From NCBI RefSeq assembly GCF_000009705.1, contig NC_003272.1:480001-512000 (forward strand): a stretch of 32,000 nucleotides of DNA, written 5' to 3'. Source of the stretch: Nostoc sp. PCC 7120 = FACHB-418 (GTDB lineage Bacteria; Cyanobacteriota; Cyanobacteriia; Cyanobacteriales; Nostocaceae). The notes under the pieces were generated by a model. That model was not told the origin of the DNA. It did not search any database and saw only the letters and a program-made list of their open reading frames with translations. This document shows positions 17,833-24,481 of the stretch, piece by piece (the first letter of the stretch is position 1; every line of letters begins with the position of its first letter). The position numbers were made by a program, and so were the translations under genes.

Positions 17833-19095
17833 TCAAGGCTTTTGGTTGAGACAAACTCTGCTTGTTGACTTTCGTAACCAAGCAACGCCAAAAGCGCCGA
17901 GTAGGAACACACTAAAAGCAGAATTAGGTTCAGGAACAGCTTGGGAATTTTCAACTCTGATGATTTGTCCTAGCCCTGGGCGATCGCTCCGATTTGTGAT
18001 ATAAATTTCTCCATTAGGGGCGATCGCTAAAGCATTGGGTGACTCCAGTCCATTACCACTGAGGATGGTGGTACGAGTACCATCGGCAGCAATTTTGATT
18101 AATGAACCATCGAAGTTGCCTTTCCAAGCTGACTGATTGGCATACTGCAAGGCATACAAATTACCAGCACTATCAAATTCCAGGTCTGTTAACTGCGTAA
18201 ACCCATCTGCATAGATTGTTGTTTCCCCATCAGTACCAACTCGATAGATTTTGGCTCCACCTTCAGGGAAGGGAAAACCAGTAAATTGACTAACGTAGTA
18301 AGCACCATCAGGGCCTCTAACAACACTGGAAGGGACTACTTGAATAGGTAATTGTGGTGGTGGTGGTGCGGTGGGAGTTGGTACTTGTCCTGGTTCGGTG
18401 GATGGAGTACCGGAGGGTGGGAAAACTGGATTGGTTAATATCTCTTGGGGGAAGACGGACAGTGTTTGCAAGTTAGTGCCATTGGTTTGCACACTCAGCA
18501 AGTTGTTTGCACCTGCATCGACGGCTATAAGGTTATTACCATCAATAAAAAAGCCCAAGGGATTACTATTGATATCGCCACCATCAGGGTTATTGACAAG
18601 CTCGTAGTTAGCTAAATCGGCAATACTCGTCCATGAGTTGGTTTGAAAGTCGGGAGCAATGATTTTCCCTAAGTCAATGTTGCCAAGATTGTTACGAAAG
18701 GTAGGATTAGCCCCATATCCCATCAAAATATAAGGCTTACCTGTCGTATCAAATTGGATGTCTCGCGCTCCCCCAGCACCAGTACCATCAGCTAGGGCGA
18801 TGGAAGGTAACCCAGTGAGTACAGGTGATGTCACACCATTCTCAATTTTCAGGACTGTACTACTTGTGCCGTAGCACAAAGAACCACCTTGACCAGTAAC
18901 AGAGGGAATACAAGCTCCATTGCCTCCGGTTCCGGCTTCGGTCACATATAACGCACCATCAAGGCCGAAGCTTAAACCTCTGGCATTATTCAGACCATCG
19001 GCCACTACAGAAAAAGATGCAGCTTCGGCAGCTTTCATTCCTGAAAAAGCGGCAACACAAAAAGTAAATAAAGTAATAATCAGTTTATAATCCAC
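17833..19095 (-). CDS. scyD: Secreted ScyD/ScyE-family protein with a PEP-CTERM tail (ScyD)
   Basis: 420 aa with a GTG start and the signal peptide MDYKLIITLFTFCVAAFSGMKAAEA. The C-terminus is VPEPNSAFSVFLLGAFGVAWLRKSTSR. Confidence 0.85.
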   Translation of the reverse strand: MDYKLIITLFTFCVAAFSGMKAAEAASFSVVADGLNNARGLSFGLDGALYVTEAGTGGNGACIPSVTGQGGSLCYGTSSTVLKIENGVTSPVLTGLPSIALADGTGAGGARDIQFDTTGKPYILMGYGANPTFRNNLGNIDLGKIIAPDFQTNSWTSIADLANYELVNNPDGGDINSNPLGFFIDGNNLIAVDAGANNLLSVQTNGTNLQTLSVFPQEILTNPVFPPSGTPSTEPGQVPTPTAPPPPQLPIQVVPSSVVRGPDGAYYVSQFTGFPFPEGGAKIYRVGTDGETTIYADGFTQLTDLEFDSAGNLYALQYANQSAWKGNFDGSLIKIAADGTRTTILSGNGLESPNALAIAPNGEIYITNRSDRPGLGQIIRVENSQAVPEPNSAFSVFLLGAFGVAWLRKSTSRVCLNQKP

Positions 19096-19125
19096 ACCCT
19101 TACACCCCTATACCCCTACACCCCT
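19094..19125. repeat. Octamer array AYACCCYT x4 (reverse complement AGGGGTGT AGGGGTAT AGGGGTGT AAGGGTGT)
   Basis: Read directly. It spans the scyD start codon, the whole 12-nt scyC-scyD gap, and the last codons of scyC (tail VRGVGV). Confidence 0.85.
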
Positions 19126-20100
19126 AACTAACGACAATTCTTGCTGTTGAGTTTTATGTACTGGTACATAACTCATACCTCTGTCGAAGGATTTGAGATT
19201 ACCTGCTTTGGCTTCTAAGAAGCGTTTGATATTCATGCTCTCAGCGCCGAAGTCTTCTATCTGGAGTTTGCCGTGAGCGAATTGTTCACCATCTTTCCAG
19301 AAGGTAATGCGATGGAGGATGAAACCAGAAGCATCAGGGTCTGCAAATGAATAAGCTGCGGGAATCATCAGGGCTACAGAACGTTGGTAAAAGTCATGTT
19401 CTGGATAAAAATATTCTTGTTCCAGTAAGTAATATTTGCTCAGACTATGAACCCGTGCTGAAATTTTGACTTTCTGGTCATATTCGTCCAAAAATTCACC
19501 AGACTGACCGCCAACTTCACCTATTGGTCTGACTAAATGCGCCCACTCGTTGATATTTTTAACTTCTTTTAAATACTCAACTCCAAGTTCAACTGGAGCA
19601 TCAACATAGATAGTATCGGTATCAATAAAGTAGCGTCCTTTTGCTGCTGTAGTCCGACCAAGTTTCCGTTCTAGATTAGCTTTAAGAGAGCGACACTCGG
19701 AAGTATGTACTGTATGAATACCTTGCATAATCATTGGCGTTTGTCGCCCAGGATCAACAAAGCTCAACCAATGGAAATATACGCCTTCTTCGTCTGTTCC
19801 CGGCTCTATATAGTTTGGCGGAAATAGTAACACGGGGTAAACTTGGAAGTATTTATTGTACTCAAATCCGCAGTGCCATTCAATGCCATAGAATAGCGGA
19901 TTTTCAAGTTTTTTAACGTGATAATATAAATTCCTTTGATAACCAGGTGCGGTTCCTAGCCAAGTATCTTCGTCAATTTTCTCTTGCATCCGACTGAACA
20001 ATGTCCAGTCATCTAAGTTTTTTAAACTGCAAAGATACTCGAATGCTGTTTCCGGTGATGTGGCAATATAAGCTGACGTTGCAAATGTATTTGTTTCCAC
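19108..20100 (-). CDS. scyC: Scytonemin monomer cyclase/decarboxylase (ScyC)
   Basis: 330-aa soluble ORF with no generic catalytic motif. It has a GTG start preceded by GAGGAG at a 6-nt spacing. It is assigned by the invariant scyA-scyB-scyC-scyD order and by size. Confidence 0.8.
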   Translation of the reverse strand: METNTFATSAYIATSPETAFEYLCSLKNLDDWTLFSRMQEKIDEDTWLGTAPGYQRNLYYHVKKLENPLFYGIEWHCGFEYNKYFQVYPVLLFPPNYIEPGTDEEGVYFHWLSFVDPGRQTPMIMQGIHTVHTSECRSLKANLERKLGRTTAAKGRYFIDTDTIYVDAPVELGVEYLKEVKNINEWAHLVRPIGEVGGQSGEFLDEYDQKVKISARVHSLSKYYLLEQEYFYPEHDFYQRSVALMIPAAYSFADPDASGFILHRITFWKDGEQFAHGKLQIEDFGAESMNIKRFLEAKAGNLKSFDRGMSYVPVHKTQQQELSLVRGVGV

Positions 20101-20136
20101 TGTTCACTCCTCAAATTAATAATTAATTGCTCAGTG

Positions 20137-21198
20137 TTAGGCAGCAATTAGTTGATTTTTATTGATTCTCGCCTTCATAATCCTTTCATCTGCAAGCCGT
20201 TTTGAAGCATCATTAGTAGTAATGCTTTGTTGTTGAGCAATATTGAAAATTGCTAATAATGTGTCGTAAATATTATTAACTTGCTTGAAGGCCTTATCTT
20301 CTTCATAGCCAATCATTTCGTTATAAACGTTGATGATACCACCAGCATTGATTACATAATCAGGACAGTAGAGGATATCTTTTTCTACTAATCTTTGACC
20401 ATGCAGACGCTCATTATCTAACTGGTTATTGGCAGCACCAGCAATAATTTTGGCTTGTAGTTGGGGAATTGTTTGACTGTTAATAATTCCTCCCATAGCA
20501 CAGGGAGAAAATATGTCTACATTTTGTGAGTAAATTTCATCTGGCTCTACTACTGTAGCACCAAAAAGGTGTTTTATTTCTGCTGTTTTTTCAGAACTAA
20601 AATCAGCAACTATAAGCTTTATACCATTTTCATGTAAGTGTCGGCAGAGATTCTGACCAACATTTCCTAAACCTTGAACGGCAACTGTCATCCCTTCAAT
20701 ATTTTTAGTTTGCCAGCGAAATTCTACAGCAGCTTTAATACCTAAAAATACGCCTAAAGCTGTGATAGGAGCAGGCCCACCAGATTTTTCTTCCACACCA
20801 ACTACATAATTGGTTTCTTGTTTAATTGTGCGGACATCTTGTGGAGTGATATTCACATCTTGCCCGGTAATAAATCTACCTTTGAGACTTTCCACAAAGC
20901 GTCCATAAGCTCTCAACATTTCATCTGTTTTATCTTCGGGATTGGCAATAATAACGGCTTTGCCTCCGCCTGCGGGAATGTTAGCGCAAGCTGCTTTATA
21001 AGTCATCCCCCGACTCAAACGCAAAGCATCTCTTAAGGCGGCTTCTTCATTGATATAAGGATAAAGCCTTGTGGCTCCCATTGCTGGGCCTAATGTGGTG
21101 TCATGGATGGCAATTATTGCTCTAATATCTGGATTTTTTCCATGACAGTAGAGTACTTGCTCATGTCCCATTTCTCTAACAGTTTCAAATAGCTGCAT
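20137..21198 (-). CDS. scyB: Leu/Glu/Phe-dehydrogenase-family enzyme, tryptophan-deaminating (ScyB)
   Basis: 353 aa with the catalytic-Lys motif IPAGGGKAVII and the Rossmann motif VQGLGNVGQNLCRHL. It lies immediately downstream of the ThDP enzyme. Confidence 0.9.
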   Translation of the reverse strand: MQLFETVREMGHEQVLYCHGKNPDIRAIIAIHDTTLGPAMGATRLYPYINEEAALRDALRLSRGMTYKAACANIPAGGGKAVIIANPEDKTDEMLRAYGRFVESLKGRFITGQDVNITPQDVRTIKQETNYVVGVEEKSGGPAPITALGVFLGIKAAVEFRWQTKNIEGMTVAVQGLGNVGQNLCRHLHENGIKLIVADFSSEKTAEIKHLFGATVVEPDEIYSQNVDIFSPCAMGGIINSQTIPQLQAKIIAGAANNQLDNERLHGQRLVEKDILYCPDYVINAGGIINVYNEMIGYEEDKAFKQVNNIYDTLLAIFNIAQQQSITTNDASKRLADERIMKARINKNQLIAA

Positions 21199-21240
21199 TT
21201 TAGTTTCTCAATCTTGTTTGTGGATTGATGAAGGGGAAGT

Positions 21241-21306
21241 AATACCAATTCAACTTTAGGAGCAATAGATATCATCAAAATTGCTATATTTGGCAGAATT
21301 GGTATT
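21241..21306. promoter_or_regulatory. 66-bp palindromic element with perfect 11-bp arms AATACCAATTC / GAATTGGTATT
   Basis: Read directly. It starts 43 nt upstream of the scyB start codon, inside the 373-bp scyA-scyB spacer. An inner AGCAAT/ATTGCT pair is also present. Confidence 0.6.
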
Positions 21307-21509
21307 GATAAAGAGACAAAACTTCGCTCAAGCCATTCTTTTTGAGAACAGCTATTAGTCGAATTGGAAATAATCAGGGAAATGTGAAGAATATTTACAA
21401 GAAGACTAGCTAATTTTGTCACTCTGCAATAATTAGGTGGTTCGGAAATTAAAAGCTTGATGTTTGTCTAACAAAGCTTTGTATTTCTAACTTCATTGTT
21501 TTGGTTATT

Positions 21510-21547
21510 GGTATGAAGAGAGAAGATTTCTTTTCATACCATGTTTT
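21510..21547 (+). terminator. Terminator-like hairpin whose U-tract lies on the plus strand, antisense to the scy operon
   Basis: GGTATGAAGAGAGAA-GAT-TTCTTTTCATACC gives 14 pairs, including 2 G-U, when read as plus-strand RNA. It is followed by ATGTTTTTAAA. On the minus strand the wobbles become mismatches and no U-tract follows. Confidence 0.35.
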
Positions 21548-21571
21548 TAAACGATCGCCTCAGACATAAAA

Positions 21572-23461
21572 TCACACCAAGGGAAAAGAAACGTGTTTGG
21601 TGGCTGTTGATTTACCATTGCCATTTGATTTCACTCCTTGGGCTGCCAAACTTTTATTTCGTGCGCCAGAAGGGGCGGGGCGATCGCCATCAATAATTAC
21701 ATCGACAACAAAGGGAGCTTGTGAGGCGATCGCTTCTTTTAAAGCATCCTCCAAATCAGACTCTCTCTGCACTACAATACCGTCTGCGCCCATCCCACGA
21801 GCAACCATCACAAAGTTTGTTGGGGGAATCTCTGCATCTGCACCTTTTAAGCCCAATATTTTCATGCCTTGGTAGCACATATTATATCGAGCATCGTTAA
21901 GGACAATCCAAATCGCCGGAATCTTATACTTGACGGCTGTGTTGATTTCGTTATTCATCAGCATTGCCCCATCGCCAACAATCGCCACAGCTGTACCCTT
22001 GCGCGCTTGGGCTGCACCCACAACACCTGTCGCCGCATGACCCATTGCGCCCACTCCAGTGCTGACTCGGTAACGATTAGGTTCAGTGAATCGCAGATAA
22101 TGAGTTGACCAAGTAAATGAGTTACCACACTCCGCCAAAACTATCGCATCACTACCTTCAACAATAATCTTCTGAATTGCTGCCATCAGAACTTCTGGCC
22201 GTACTGACTCACCCACTCCGGTAGTAATTGCTTCGATTTGAGGACGAGGTAAAGACACAATACTAGAACAAGGAGTGTCTGGGAGATGTTGCCCAAGCTC
22301 CTGTAAATAAGTCTTAATGTCAGACTGAATCGATAAGGTGTTGGCGTGGGGATAAGCTACACCTGGGACTTCCGGATCAATATCTACATGGACGAAACCT
22401 TTTACTGGAACCATTGTCGGACTCCAGAAAGAAGTCGGTTCACCTAAACGGGTTCCTAAGACCAAGATACGGGATGGCGGTTGTTCTTCCATATAAGTAA
22501 TCACAGAAGCATCACCTCCCAAACCTGTGACACCCACAAACAGAGGATGATCTTCAGGAAATATCCCTTTACCACGAGGTGAACAGATGACGGCTGCACC
22601 TGTTTTCTCTGCCAATAGACGGATTTCTTCGGCAGCATCCCGCGCCCCAAAGCCAACCCAGATGGCAAAAGGTTCAGAGAATAATAACTTTGCAGATTTG
22701 GCAATCTTTTCTTTGTGAGCAGTCACCCGGTAAGCAGCTACATTTAGCTGAGGCCAAGATATATCCTCAACAAGACTAGTTTGTACACCTGTAGGAATAC
22801 TCAAGTGAGCAACAAAACCACCTGGTTGAGCTAAACCCAAAGCTAACTTACGGAAAACCTGCGGCAATTGGGCTGCTGATTCTACGGTGATGGCGTAGTT
22901 GAATAATGCCCCAGGGGTGAACATTCCCCCACTGGGTAAGGTGTAAGTGCTAGTTTCTTGAATTGCCCAGCGTCCACGTTGCGGTGCTGAGGTACAAGCT
23001 GATAACAAAATCACCTTCGCACCTTCACCACGGGCAGCAAATAAGCCTGTGAGAGCGTTGGTCATCCCTGGCCCGGCTGTAGTAAATACTACAGTAGGGT
23101 GATTACTAGCAAAATGGGCTTCAATCGCGGCAAAGGCTGCTCCCGCTTCGTGGCGAAAGTTTAGGACTTGCACGGTACTGTTTGATAGGGCATTCCACAG
23201 GCTGGCCATAGCTCCCCCAGCCACACCAAAGGCACTAGATACTCCCAACTTAGTCAGCATCAGAACAATGGCATCTGCCACTGACAGTGAGGGGTGTGCC
23301 TGGTTAGGGAAAAACGGCTGAATTTCTATATCGTTCAACTCACGGGAATCGTGAGACAAAGATTCTACATATTGGCTGCCGTTGGTAGGTAATTCTTGGT
23401 AAAGCTCACCAGTCATAATCTGGGAGTCGGAATCAGTATATTTTTGACTCATTGCTTTCAC
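21572..23461 (-). CDS. scyA: ThDP-dependent acetolactate-synthase-like acyloin-forming enzyme (ScyA)
   Basis: 629 aa with the ThDP-binding motif GDGAMLMNNEINTAVKY and N-terminal Pyr-domain features (FGVAGGAM, FTTAGPGMTNALTGL). The track start at 23461 is GTG. ATG 23452 (MSQKYTD) is the alternative. Confidence 0.9.
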   Translation of the reverse strand: MKAMSQKYTDSDSQIMTGELYQELPTNGSQYVESLSHDSRELNDIEIQPFFPNQAHPSLSVADAIVLMLTKLGVSSAFGVAGGAMASLWNALSNSTVQVLNFRHEAGAAFAAIEAHFASNHPTVVFTTAGPGMTNALTGLFAARGEGAKVILLSACTSAPQRGRWAIQETSTYTLPSGGMFTPGALFNYAITVESAAQLPQVFRKLALGLAQPGGFVAHLSIPTGVQTSLVEDISWPQLNVAAYRVTAHKEKIAKSAKLLFSEPFAIWVGFGARDAAEEIRLLAEKTGAAVICSPRGKGIFPEDHPLFVGVTGLGGDASVITYMEEQPPSRILVLGTRLGEPTSFWSPTMVPVKGFVHVDIDPEVPGVAYPHANTLSIQSDIKTYLQELGQHLPDTPCSSIVSLPRPQIEAITTGVGESVRPEVLMAAIQKIIVEGSDAIVLAECGNSFTWSTHYLRFTEPNRYRVSTGVGAMGHAATGVVGAAQARKGTAVAIVGDGAMLMNNEINTAVKYKIPAIWIVLNDARYNMCYQGMKILGLKGADAEIPPTNFVMVARGMGADGIVVQRESDLEDALKEAIASQAPFVVDVIIDGDRPAPSGARNKSLAAQGVKSNGNGKSTATKHVSFPLV

Positions 23462-24481
23462 TTAATTCCAGAAACTTGCACAAGGCTCTCTAGACTACAC
23501 TTAGCTATCTAACCTTAAGAAACTTGTTGCATATAATATTGACAAAGTTGGGACAAATCAGTAGTAGAGGTTATAGTGCAGCTTGAATTGCCCAGTAGAA
23601 AAACTTTTTAAAACACAAATCTGTACTTATGGAGACTAGAGTACGGGAAATCAATAACTGTTTGCAATGAAAAATCTTTTGATTGCACTTACCAATTCTT
23701 TCGCACTCCTGTAAATAACCATCTTTTGCTCCGAAATCCAGCAAGTATTATGGATGTCTTGCGCTATTTGTTAAGTTATGTCACATTAACGTTAAGGAAA
23801 TAATTAATTACTGATCAACATCAAGCACAAATGTTTGTTGTCAACTCTCCGTAGTATTATCAATCTATTTTGATATAAATCGAACTTGTTGTTTATACAA
23901 CTCTACGAGAACAGCTAACTTTTGTTGATAGATAAAGTAACTCTAAAAATTGAGTTCATCTCTCTTAAGGAGTAAGTAATGATTGTAAACAAGCTAAAAA
24001 TACAATGTATATCTTCTGATAGATGGTTTTTTAAAAGACTGAGAAATACTGGTCGGTAATGTATCTCTAACGACAGATGAAGGAAGTGGTACATCCATAT
24101 TAGATTCCTGAGTGAGTAATTTAAGAATAATTAAGAGGATGAATTAATGAGTAAAGACTTATAAATTGAGGCGAAATAGAAATATGCAATTTTAGTAGTT
24201 TATTTACTCGTATAAGCAAGTCGTGGTTTATAGATTGTAGAGAAGTGAATAATACGTAAATTATTAGGTTTTTATAGGCATAAAAACTTATATATAGGAT
24301 TTTGACTAGATCAAAAAAACTCTTGGGACGTTTCTAAGTGGAAACCCACGCATCATAGTGGACTCCTGTTTTTAGGTTAAAAGTCAAAGATGAGTTTTAT
24401 AAACCTATAGATAATTTCACGCCAAATTCAATTAAGTATCAGTTTGTTGTTATGTAAATAGGTGAAAGTAGGAGATTTTTC
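23462..24481. promoter_or_regulatory. 1,020-bp AT-rich divergent control region between scyA and the sensor kinase
   Basis: No ORF of 60 aa or more. It contains the 25-bp palindrome TGCAATgAAAAatcTTTTgATTGCA (23663-23687), the perfect palindrome TTAACGTTAA (23786-23795) and ATTTGTTAAGTT (23766-23777). Promoters for both divergent units must lie here. Confidence 0.7.

Noticed and set aside
21114-21422. 102-aa minus-strand ORF in the scyA-scyB spacer
   Set aside because: It has a GTG start, overlaps the first ~28 codons of scyB out of frame, and gives an AT-rich hydrophobic or low-complexity translation. I see no RBS or motif. I keep the region as non-coding but flagged it as a finding.
21510-21540. 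Hairpin after scyA as the terminator of a monocistronic scyA transcript
   Set aside because: On the minus (operon) strand the stem has two C-A mismatches and is followed by AAUAACCAAAAC, not a U-tract. The terminator-like geometry exists only on the plus strand.
23533-23574. NtcA-like promoter: ATA-N8-TAC (23574 down to 23561, minus strand), 22 nt, then TATTAT (23538 down to 23533) upstream of scyA
   Set aside because: The spacing matches a class II NtcA promoter, but only one half-site matches GTA-N8-TAC. Matches of this quality are expected by chance in 1 kb of AT-rich DNA. I am also not aware of a nitrogen-control link for scy. It is worth testing only if a TSS maps near 23526.
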